Shown piece after piece: positions 31,984 through 43,599 of a DNA stretch of 64,000 nt. Both the position numbers and the translations under genes were made by a program. The stretch lies in NCBI GenBank assembly GCA_020184695.1, contig JAANOX010000233.1, positions 192,334 through 256,333 of the forward strand, read 5' to 3'. Position 1 is the stretch's first letter; each line of letters begins with the position of its first letter. A model generated the notes under the pieces. It did no database searches. It was not told the origin of the DNA and worked only from the letters and a program-made list of their open reading frames with translations. This stretch comes from Histomonas meleagridis 2922-C6/04-290x. Taxonomy: Eukaryota > Protista > Parabasalia.

Positions 31984-34900
31984 TTTCCACGGCAAATTAA
32001 CGGTCTCTATTATTGTTAATGAATTGTTTTGGCGTCAAATTCATTCGATATATGAGCACAGTAGAGAATCAGAGAGCTGCAATAATATCTGAACATCCAA
32101 GTTCTTTTTCATTTGAACATCCAAGTTCTCATTCATTTAACTTAAATATTCCATAAGACAACACCTTATCCTAAATATATTTCAAATGATATAGTTAAAA
32201 AATCAAACAAAATATATCTTTAGGGCAATCAAAAATCAAAAATAACATATATAATCAAAATGATCCAGGCGAATATGCAATTTCAATTCTCAACAAAAGA
32301 TATGAAGTATGTATAGAAATAATCCAAATGTTACAAAACGAAAATTCTTTAATTCGACAAAAAGCTCATGAAAAAATTGATATATGCAATTGCATCAAAA
32401 ATGATCTACCATGTGTACCATCAGTGGATAAACTCGAAACAGCGGTTATTTTTAATTTCACAAAAATAAAATTTGAAAATTCAATTTTAGAGTGTTTTTC
32501 ATTTTTTTGCCTTTTTTTCTCTAAGCAAATTATAAACATCATCAGATGTTATTATTTTGCTCGCCAAAAAAAACCGTTTGGTTGTTTTCCCGTTCGGGAA
32601 AAGTGGATTTTCCGTATCGTCAATGATTGTTAAGTTTTCCAAAAATTTTTATGGATTTCTTGGAAATAACCCAGTGCTTTCGAATGCTGCTTCAGTATTA
32701 ATGTCAATGATAACAGTTTGCATTGAATAAATCAATGCAAGTATTATTATTTCTTTTTTTTGATCAAGTGTCAATTTTTCCGATTTATTTTTCTTCAAAT
32801 ATTTGGCTTTAAGCTTTCGAACAACCTTTTTATAATATGCACGTAATGGTGCAGCAATTACAACATCAAACGGTTGAATGATGTGTGTCATATGGCTCGG
32901 AAAAGTGCATACTATAATATTATTTTTTCGGAAATTTTTTATCGCTTTTGGATTCTCTCTTGATGTATGGGAATCCAAAAACAACAATATTGGTTGATCG
33001 GGGTCCATACCATTCCTTTCTTTATACGAATGACTTAAATTAGTGAAATAAACCGAATATTCATAAAATAAATTATGTGTCATTGAACCATTCGTATTTG
33101 CATAAATTGGGAAGTTTTTTTCATCAGATAAATTTTTTAACACTTGTGGAACATTTAATAGACCACCGATAATCAAAAATGGCATCGGGAAGTCATGATT
33201 CGTTGAAAACTTAATTACAGCAGAAAAATGATTATTGATTTGATTTTGAGTTTTGCAAACCAGTCTTTACAAATTTTTAGGTGCTGCGACCATTGTAATG
33301 TCATTCCAGTTGATTCCCATTTCATCCATATTAAAAATTGCATTTTTGGGGAATAATAACGAAATATCTTGTGTAAATATGTTATCAAACCAAAATGAAA
33401 TATTTGATGCACAAGATGCTTGTGCACGTGAAATATCCAATGAATCAGGCTTGACAAGCTTTATGTCGTGTTTTTTTAAAAATTTGTACACCCAATCCAC
33501 CTCGGGTTTAATTACTTCTATATTAACTTCGTTTTTGACTTTTTGTGATTTTATAAGATCAGCAAATGCATTGGCAAACTTAATTTGTTCAACTCTGAAT
33601 GTATATGCTTTGTTTTGTATTTCTTCAACATTTGGTGCTTTGTTTTTGTCATTTCTCTTGATAATCCATTGTTTTAATTCTTATATGACAATTTTCCAGA
33701 AAATTTATACTTAAATAAAAACCACGTTTGATCCCCTGTTATAAGGTTTCTAAAAGAATTGTGCTTGCATGAATTGATTATGCTCAAAAGTTACTTGCAC
33801 TTTTGGATTCTCACATTTTTTTGATCAATATATGAAAAGTAAGGAAGCCAACTTGTATGCGTATATACTAGCTTAAGATGTACTGTCATGTAGCGATGAA
33901 TTGTGGATTTGGGTGCTTTAAGAACTGATGCAATACTTCGTATTGATGAAAAAGGCTCATCTTCTAAAATTTGCTGAATTCTCAATAAAAGTTGTTCGTT
34001 TATGATATTTTTAGCTTCTTCTTCATCGAGACGACGGTTTGCAAGTGGGAGATTGAACTTCGCTTCTTTCATTCATTTATATATTGTGGATGACTTGTAG
34101 GCACTCTCATTAAACTTCATCTTTAATATGTCTGAAATTTGTTGATGATTGCACCCTTGTTTGTATTGATTAATGATGATATCCTTTTGACTCATATTTT
34201 TTTTGACCACTAACGGTCGTCGTCCGAAATTTGAAAACACATTTTTTCAATATATAATGAAAATCATAAAATAATATTTATAGCATTTCAAAGATAATTT
34301 ATTAAAGAATCATTATTTGATATAACGCGATTTCACTGATTTCTTTTATGCATCGAGATTCTACGGAAAAATGGGACACCCTATACTATTAAAAAAAGTG
34401 TGCTAAATGATGATGAGATCGAAATGATACTGGTGCAATTCAGGTAGCTACTATAGCTGCCTTTCAATTTCCAGTTTATCTCGAAAATTTTCGAGCATCT
34501 GGACCACAGCCAGGAGATCATGGATAGGCTCGAAGAAAAATAAAACTTCGTTATGTGAATCTCAGAGATTTCAAGACAATGGATATGATTGCGTACCCAT
34601 TTAGCAATGGGGAAGTGCTACGAGAAGATAGTCAGACTTTCCTAATAAGTATCATATGGAAGGAGCTCCTCATGCAGAGATACAGGAACCTGTCCGAGGG
34701 AAAGGAGCAAAGATCGGCTTCACGTAGTCACTTTTTACGTGCATGTTCACCAAATAAACAAGAATTTCGCCTCGCTAAATGGCAGATATTTTAAAAGGGT
34801 TGAGTGATGAAACAGGGAAATAATGTTGCTTCTATTGTGAAAGTATGTTGGATAACATCAACATATATCACAATATAATTATCTTATGGAAAACTTTTTA

Positions 34901-35360
34901 TTGATCTTAATCAAATCCAATTATTTTGTCTTCTAATTCTAATAATAACATTGTTTAGGAAACATTTAGAATAATGCTGAATTTTTATAAATTGTGCATT
35001 ACATATATACTTCAAATTGGAAATAAAGGTGACAAAAAGCATTCTCAAACAAAGAATTCATGAAACTATTATTGTAATCGCTCATATTATCAAAAACATT
35101 AGTCATTGTAATAACTTACAGTATTTATACAAACAACACTCAGTTTTTTGTGAGAACAACCGACCAAATGACAGCAATTGTCGTTGCACCTTGCGCAGAA
35201 AATGCCGCTGTCACCAGAGAACGCTCCGCAGACCGGCATTGCAATAGCGTAAGCTTTTTCTTCACCTCCTTTACTGTTACTAACGCGATGAAGCCCGACT
35301 TTTTGAATAACAAAAATGCACACCACTTTTTGAATAGAGACCGTTCATTTGCCGTGGAAA
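31984..35360 (-). mobile_element. pogo/Tigger-like (DDE_1) DNA transposon inserted in the 5' region of LINE copy B
   Basis: 28-bp inverted repeats at 31984-32011 and 35333-35360 (1 mismatch). Broken transposase at about 32500-33715: CENP-B-type HTH (WVYKFLKKH), FNMDE, LLFLDSHTS, FPSHMTHIIQPFDV. LINE sequence resumes on both sides. Confidence 0.8.
33730..34386 (-). mobile_element. mariner-like 5' fragment (left terminus and HTH domains) nested in the pogo element
   Basis: Minus-strand terminus TA-TAGGGTGTCCC near 34386; MSQKDIIINQY... and DEPFSSIRSIASVL...STIHRY...WLP...QKNVR. Confidence 0.7.
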
Positions 35361-35450
35361 CTTATATGGTTCTGCTTCTCTCTGAGAGCTCTATTCAGTG
35401 GTGCGCTTTTCCCCTTACTAAGTTGCTCAGGTGAAAAAAATTAAGTATCC
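35361..35450 (-). mobile_element. 5' end of LINE copy B
   Basis: About 5-6 differences in about 86 bp versus 43381-43466, the 5' end of copy A. Confidence 0.85.
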
Positions 35451-35467
35451 ATCCGCGCTGCTGGAAT
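35451..35467 (-). repeat. 17-bp target-site duplication made of the tRNA-Tyr 3' end (partner 43473-43489)
   Basis: ATCCGCGCTGCTGGAAT is identical at both positions and brackets LINE copy A exactly. Confidence 0.85.
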
Positions 35468-36687
35468 TTGATGTTTATCCACATATATTAGCGCTCATTA
35501 GTATGAGTATGTATTGTATAATGACGTGTCCGTCTTAAATTATAATTAGTTGATTCTACTATTATGATCCATATTAGAACTGTTCACGATGGTGGTCGAA
35601 ACCGTTTAAACAGTTCGTGTCACTTTTCCTTTTTTCTTATTCTTATCAATAGTAGAATTTTTGACCATTTCTGCTATCTTCTTCTTATCAGTCGCGTATT
35701 GTATCAGTCTAGACGGGTGTCTAACTCTCATACGTTTACGTAATTCATCAATACTTTTTCCTCTAAGTATTGAGTTCATCTTCGTCAAGTTATCTACATT
35801 CTTCCTTGCTTTGTTTTTATCTATTATAATAAAGACCTTTTCTTATATTATATATTTTTGTTTGCTATCTATTTTAATTGGTTTTTTTTACTTTGATTTT
35901 TATTACTTCTTCTCTGCTTCTTTTAATGCGAATCTCATATATTCTTTTCGTTCTTATTCATTTATATCTGACGGTTTTGAGTTCGAAAAAATATTTGATT
36001 AAGGTACTTTTTCTAATTCTTCATCTTCGTCTTCTTCTTCTTCTTCTTCAGGTTTGTAATTATCTTCATCTAATACATCAAAGTCTCCTTATTCTTCTTT
36101 TCTAATATTAATGTTTATATTATTGATGTTATTTATATTTTGATTTTTATCCTTCTCATAAACTTTATATATTATTAACATTGATTCTCTCAGTGCTGCA
36201 ACAACACATCTTCTAGATACTTTGTGTATTAATCTTTTGTTTCAGTTAAATAATATTTTCAAATCTTTCGTTGTATGATTTGGGATAATGCCTAATGATG
36301 AGATAATAATTATATAGAAGTCTACTTCTATATTAAGTCTATTTTCGCATAACTCTGTATAATCTTTATATTTAATTTCTTATTCTTATCTTCTAATAAA
36401 AAGAGTTGATACTATATTGTTATCGAAATTCCTAATTGTACCATATGGGGAATTGACTTAAATTAGAGTTAATCTATTGTTATTGATATACCATATGTCC
36501 GTTTTTAATGTTCCGAAGGTTTTGTGATCTTTGTCTATTATTTCGGTATTCCTGTGAAATATTATATTATCACCTTTATAATTATTTTCTTTGATTCCTC
36601 TAATTATTTCTTCCACTATTGCATTATGTTATATAATAATTATATATTCAATTTTTAAGCAACCATTAATTCTATGCATCATATTTT

Positions 36688-36896
36688 TAGGCACTCTCAT
36701 TAAACTTCATCTTTAATATGTCTGAAATTTGTTGATGATTGCACCCTTGTTTGTATTGATTAATGATGATATCCTTTTGACTCATATTTTTTTTGACCAC
36801 TAACGGTCGTCGTCCGAAATTTGAAAACACATTTTTTCAATATATAATGAAAATCATAAAATAATATTTATAGCATTTCAAAGATAATTTATTAAA
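36688..36896 (-). repeat. 209-bp exact copy of internal mariner sequence 34098-34306, inserted in the LINE CCHC motif
   Basis: No mismatch found reading both copies; no terminal repeats. Confidence 0.9.
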
Positions 36897-38191
36897 TAAT
36901 CATTTTGATTTGCATTACATCTGTTACATTTAGGACTTATATTTGGATTATTCTTATCAAGTATTTCATTTGTTGCTTAATTATTACATCTTGCTAGAAT
37001 TGCGAATTTAATAATATTATTACTTGTTGGTGCTCTAAAATTAGATAAAAAGAAATTTGAGTCAGCTGATTTATCCATTGTGCAGAAAGTATGAGCTTTA
37101 AATGGCAACTTCTTAAGGTTATCTAAATGTCTCTTTCGTATCATTTAATTTAAATATCTCGTAATATCTTTTTCATTAATACATTCTTTCGCTTCTTCTC
37201 CTTCTCCTTCATTTTCTTTGTTTTTAACTTGATATATAATACAATTGTTTTCTTATAAATTTGGCTTAAAATCTACTTTAAAGTTATATAATGCTTTTGT
37301 TGCTCTACAAAATGTACTATTTGTTTTTCTATCTGAATTTTGTATGATTTTACCCTTTTCATCAAATGGGATTCCAAAATATTTTTTCACCTAGGTGAGT
37401 TTTCATCTACTTGTATTTTCCTATATTATAATTCTTCATACATTGTCATACTAATAAAATTGGTTATGTTTGAATCTTTTGATAATAATATACCTGTATA
37501 AGTTCTTAATTGTAACACGTAATTTCTTTCTCTGCAAGACATTAAACCTATACCTCCTTTTTTGAAATGTGTATGAAATAAATTTTTTGATAATCCTTTT
37601 GTGTTTTTAATATTTGATTTATTGATCCTCTAATAAATTCATCAAGTTTTTTTAGGTATTTAATAGAGCATAAACCATATAACATTTCAAAGTCTGATTG
37701 AGGAGTAATTATTCTTTTAATTGTATCTATTATTTGATTGATTTTTATGAGATAATTTATTATTTGTATAATTACTTGTTTGATTTTATTAATTTTGATT
37801 TGTGAATGTTGTTTTTACTTTTACGATTTATTGCTATTGGTGCTTATAGATATTTAATATATTCCATTAATAAATGATTTGGTATTTTTTCATAATTAAT
37901 AGTAAAGCATTCATTCAAATTTGGTTGGTCTTTTTTTATTATTAAAATGCATATAAGATAAAGTTATACATTTTTGTGAGACTATTTTAAGTTTGAATAT
38001 TTTACAAAATTCTTCTACTGTTTTAAGCATATTTTGCATTCTATCTTGTGTATTATAAAATAATATAACGTCATCTGCATAAGCTTGGATGTTAAAAGAG
38101 AAGAATTCATTTTATCTCATTGAATCTTCTATTATTACTCCATCTTTTTTATTATAATTTTGTATTGCTTTAATTAAAGGTTCAAGACATA

Positions 38192-39407
38192 AACTAAAAT
38201 TCAAAACTCGGCAATGAATAAAATTTCATTTAAATTTAAATTTGTTATGAATTTTTCAATTAAAATACTCCGTTGATTTTAGTTTGTAATGAGTAAAGAA
38301 ATGAAAATCATACAAGCATTTATTAAAGCAAAAACATACCAAGAGATCACCCACCAATATTCCGTTGGAACTCATAGAGTTCAAAAAATTATTAATCATT
38401 TTAAGGAAACAGGTGGTCTTATTGAAACAAATATTAGTCGACCATCTAAAATTTCACGAAAAATTTCTGAATATATTTCTTTGAGAACTTTCCAGGATTC
38501 CACGTTGACGAATTTTTCATTGGTGGAAGAAGTAGAACAAAAATTTGGTATAAGTTTGTCTGATAGTACCATCAGACGTGAGAGATTAAAACATGGATTC
38601 GTTTTTGGACCTCCACTTCACACGCAATTGCTCACTCAATAACAAATTGAAAAGAGAATTGTTTTCTGTCGAAAGATGCTAGATGAGCAATCTGATATAA
38701 TTCCAAAAATCGTGTATAGCGATGAATCACGATTTGTCCTAGGACAGAAGGTGGGTGTGGAAAAGAAGGGGTGATCGCATGCCAATTTCTACAGTTCAAC
38801 AGCAAAAGTTTCCATCATCTGTAATGGTTTTTGCGGTTATTGGTGTCAATTTCAGATCGAAACTTCTTATTGTCGAGGGTTCAATTGATTCTGATCGTTA
38901 TATTCAGAATCTTGAAAAATTGAATTTTTATGATGAAGTGGACAAGATTCATGGCACATTTAATAGGGTTTTCATGGATACTATCAATAAATTGTGAGTT
39001 CTTTGAATCGAGGTTGAAATTGTGTTTGAAATTTGATGGAAAATCAATTCTAGGCAGCTTCATCTTTGTAAAGAAATCGAAAACTTCGAACTTGATCAAG
39101 CACATGTTACTTGAACAAAAGAGAAAGATGAAATCTATATGAAGATGAGTACGCAAATCGGGAACAAATGGAATGAAATCGCAAAAAATATTCTATACAA
39201 AAAAGCACATCATTGCAAAACAAGATGGTACACATTGCTGAAGTACAGGCAATTAAAATTTATTCAAAAAGAACTATATAAAAATCTAAATTTAATTTTC
39301 GACAAAAGTCGGCAACGTGTAAAGTATCGAATTATGGATGTAACCACCACGATAAGTCCGTTTAAGTAAATGAGATCTATCGTATTGCCGACTTTTGAAC
39401 TTTAGTC
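38192..39407 (+). mobile_element. Tc1-like element with TIRs and TA TSD, internally deleted transposase plus Myb domain, inserted in the LINE RT
   Basis: 24-bp TIRs AACTAAAATTCAAAACTCGGCAAT and (reverse complement) GACTAAAGTTCAAAAGTCGGCAAT. TA at 38190-91 and 39408-09. Removing the element restores CCA ACT TTT TTT AAT CTA TGT CTT GAA CCT (PTFFNLCLEP). Motifs VYSDESRF and VMVFAVIG; Myb at 39112-39243. Confidence 0.93.
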
Positions 39408-42400
39408 TAGATTAAAAAAAGTTGGTGATAAAGGACATCCTAGTCTGACACCTCTATTAATATTGATCCAATCTGATTGTTTATTTTTTAATTCTATCTT
39501 TGTTTTGGTATCTGTATATGAATCTTTAATTATTTTTACTAAATAATTCGAAAATCCTAATTGTCCCGATGACCAATTAATAAATAATAAGGTACTGAAT
39601 CAAAAGCTTTAGCAAAATCTAATGCTGTGATATAAATTGAATATTTTGATCTGACTGATTGTGCAATTCTTTCATAAATGTTAGTAATATGTTCTGTTAT
39701 ACCATTTATATTACTTTTAAACCCTTTTTGTACTGTACTTATAAAAGGTGAAAAAATATTCAAATCTTGTATACATCTTGCAAAATGACACATCATTATT
39801 CTATATAATGTTGGTGATATTGAAATTGGTCCCCAATCAGTAATTTCATCTGGGTTATTCTTTATAAATAATAATATGGTTCTAAGGATTTTCTATAATT
39901 CTGATACTTTATTCAATTTTATCATTCGTTTGATTATATTTCTAATTATTTTAACTGTAATGTTAAAATTAATTTCCCAAATAGTATTAGAAATACCGTC
40001 TGGACCTGTTGCTGATAAATTAGGTCTAGTAACAATTGCTTGTTTGATTCGAGCTTTATCTAGTAACATTAATTTTTTTAATTTTTCGTCTTTATTATAT
40101 AAATTTTTATTTGAACAGAATATGTCAGGTATATTATCTTCTTGAAAATCCGGGAGAAATTCCCATTTATTCTTGAAATGTTTTTATATTTCTATGAATT
40201 CAATATTACATTCTGGTGTAGGTTCATTTGTAATGAACCATCTCATAGCTCTTTTTGGATCTTCTAAATACGTTTCTTGTACCAATTGTGAATATTTTTT
40301 ATTTCTTTCTTTCGATATTTCATTTTGATATTTGATTAATGTATTTTCTATATATTTCATTCTTTGTTCTCGATGATTAGGTTCTTCTTCTATTATGTTT
40401 TCGATATTATCTATATTATTACCTCCGAATGTGCTGATTGATATTTCATTATCAATCTTATTTAAAGCTTCTTTAATTGCTTCTTCTAAATATTAAATAG
40501 TATTATTCCTTGTATCTGATTCCTGTAATTTTTTAGGTTTAATTATTTTCTCCATGTGTGATATTATTTTAAATAATTGATTTGCTTGAATATATTTTCT
40601 TCTTATATTTATATTCCGAATATTATCATTACTGTTTATCTATTTATTATTATTTGAACCTAACATATGATTTAATGGAATTTTTAATGCTTTTCTTATT
40701 GTTTTCCTTAATATTAAATTAATTTTACATAAACAACCTTGAAATATGATCCATGCTTTTTCTGTTTCATTATTGGTTTTACATTTTCTAATTAACGGTA
40801 GAATTTTATATTCAAATGCATTACTTATATGTCTGTATATTTTATTTTTGATATTTTTATTTATTCTTGAGTGTTCAATTATATGAGATTCCTGGAATTC
40901 ATTTTCGAATATCCATTTCTTACATTTGTTAAGTAAAATTTCTCTATCATTAATTGGTTAATTTCTTGTGACTATTTTGTCTATTGTTATTGAGTTATTG
41001 CCATTATTTTTATTAATTTCATTATCTTGATTAGTGTGATTAATTTATAATTTCTCTGTGTTATTAATATCTGCTTTTTTAATTCTTTTTTCTTGTTATT
41101 CATTTTCATATTTTCTTCTCTTTATTACATTGTCATTATCTTTAGATTCATTATTTATTTCTTCTTTCGCTATTTTATTTAAATTTTCTTCAATTTCTTC
41201 TTCATTATTTTTTATTTTTCATCTATTTCTTCAATTTTATTTCTATCATGATAATTAAATACTATTGATTTAAATTTTACTTGATGTATTGGAATATTGA
41301 TATTTTCTTTTCTTTAATATTATGTGCATGACTGTTATGTAAGATCATATTGTTATGTGTTTCTGCAAATGCTTTTTAACACAAATCGCATATATATGCT
41401 TTTCGTTTCCTTAATAATGGTTCCGCTGTTGGATTAATATCATATCTTTGAATATAATTTGATATTAATGCCCACATCAATCCAAAATCTCTTTTATCCT
41501 CATTATAATTGGAATGTCTTTTCACTATATAATTATTAAATGTGTCTTCACAATTATGTAAAGCACATGCAAATACCGTTTTCCGATAAGTTGAAGGTTG
41601 TTTATTATCTTCGTCATATTGTTCCCAATAAGTTTTCTAACTTAATATTGAGCCTAAACAATCATAAATGATATTTCCATTTCGTCTTTTATCATTATGT
41701 GCCAAGTTTTCATGCCTTTTTAAGTCAGTGACCGCATTGAAAGCTTGGTAATCACATTTGTGACATATAAATGGACCAATGCCTGGAAATTTATTAAAGA
41801 CTAACATTGAATTAATAATTGGTATTTTTGTTTCATCTGTTTTATTTAGAAATAAATCTTTGTCAATATCATAATTTTATTATGAATCATTTATTTATTG
41901 TTAATTTTGATTCTGAAGTTGTTTTAATGTTTTTAGAATTTAAATAAAATTCTTCTGGTATATGTTTAATAATCTCATTGTTGATGTTGATGTTAGTATT
42001 ATTATTTGATGAAATAGTATTTTTATATTGTTTATAGTTATATATTTTTCGATTAGTTTGTTGTGGGTTCTGTATATTTCGTCTTAGTTCATCGTTGTAA
42101 GCATTTTCTTTTGTATTGTTGTTTGAAACTTTATTATCTTCTTTATTTTCATTATGAATAAAGTTATAATTTCCGTTTGGTACTACTATATCTATATCTT
42201 TGTAAATGTAATTAATTTTTTATATGATGATATTAATATCTTTCTGTGTTTCATTTATTTTCATGTTTGTAATGATTATGTTTTTATCTTCACTTTAATG
42301 ATTAAATTTTTATGTTTTAATATTAATTGTCTCATCAGTAAATTTTATATCTGGTTTTAAAAAAATTAATATTATTTTACGAAAAATAAAAATTAGGTAA

Positions 42401-43473
42401 TTGAATATTAAAGTCTTTATTGATTTGATTTTTTTTAACATTTAAGATATAAATTGTTTCATCAATTTAATTTCTGGTTTTGGAATGTTAACATTATTTT
42501 CTGAAATATGAGAATTCGGAATATATTAGTCTTTATTGATTTCGTTCATTCTGAAATTTGGAATATTAATAGTTATTTTTATAATTTTATAATTTGGTAT
42601 AGTAATATATTTTTTCACATTCTAAAGATTAAATTTTGGTATTGGAACATTAACTTCGAATTCTTGTTTGAAATATTTAGGTAATAAAATATTGTTAATT
42701 TTTTCATTTGAATCAAATTTTGGGATATTAATCTATCGATATTCTAGTATAAAGATAATTTTGAAAATTGATAATACTTTATTTCCTTTGATTATTTCTA
42801 TTTTCGGTAATTGAATATTTTCTTCATATTTTTCGATATTAAATTCTGGGATTATAATATCATTTTCTTCTATTATTTTATTAAATTGTGGTATTATAAC
42901 TTTTTCTGAAAATATCTTAAAATTTGGGATTTTAATGTTTACATTATGTGAGTTTATGTTACAATTTGGGTTGTTGTTTATATGTCTTAATCATTATCTC
43001 CTATAATAGTTCCTAATGTTGGGAATTTATTGTTTTTCGATAAAAGAAATAGAAAACCATCAAGAAAACAGCATTTTCTAAGCATATTGCTATAGTAGAC
43101 ATTTGAATTTGCATGATCAGTAAGGTGTAGTTTATATTTTCTATGAATGGTTCTGGACTGGTGTACGTTGTTTCTGTGTTGCTTGTTGTGTCCTCCGTTG
43201 AACTTTCTTCTGCATCTGATCGATAATGGCCGGACTCGAAAAATGGTCTTTGTACTTTAAAAAAGGTATCACTGTGTTCTATTCTGAGTCTTGAGTCTCC
43301 TGATGTTTCTTGTTCTGAGTTTTGTTGCATATCTCGGAGGTATAATCTGATATGTTCCGAGATTCTTCGAAAATCATCGAAAATTATATGGTTCTGCTTC
43401 TCTCTGATAGCTCTATCCAGTGGTGCGCTTTTCCCCTATCTAAGTTGCTCAGGTGAAAAAAATAAGAAAAAAA

Positions 43474-43555
43474 TCCGCGCTGCTGGAATCGAACCGGCGA
43501 CCCTTTGATGACTACTTTTCTACAGTCAAATGCTCTACCACTGAGCTAAGAGCGG
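43474..43555 (-). tRNA. tRNA-Tyr (GTA) with 10-nt canonical 37/38 intron; one mismatch each in acceptor and T stems
   Basis: CCGCTCT TA GCTC AGTGGTA GAGC A TTTGA CT GTA G [AAAAGTAGTC] A TCAAA GGGTC GCCGG TTCGATT CCAGC AGCGCGG A, followed by a T7 run. Confidence 0.9.
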
Positions 43556-43599
43556 CGCTATTTCTTTGTAAAGTATGAATAAATTAATCATATATTCGT

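Larger units (their letters stand above)
35468..43472 (-). mobile_element. Full-length but decayed RLE-type non-LTR retrotransposon (R2/NeSL-like architecture), copy A
   Basis: Single broken ORF of about 43330-35606. C2H2 fingers (CHKC...HENLAH at about 41700-41760; two more at 41330-41570). RT motifs SATGPDGI, DW[G]PISISPTLYRI, QKGF, ALDFAKAFDSVP, GVR[L]GCPLSPTFFNLCLEPL and QAYADD (about 38065-38085). CNRC...H...C knuckle; LK[T]DIW...I*VNSPY...KY RLE motif and SSLGII. Confidence 0.92.

Noticed and set aside
30444-39114. TGA at the first conserved Trp of both Myb repeats, suggesting a TGA=Trp genetic code
   Set aside because: The host USP gene ends in TGA, other Trp codons are TGG, and both elements have other stops and frameshifts; TGG to TGA decay is sufficient.
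43474-43555. tRNA-derived SINE head
   Set aside because: The tRNA keeps its intron and cloverleaf, and only its last 17 bp recur, exactly at the far end of the LINE. This fits a target-site duplication better than a SINE.
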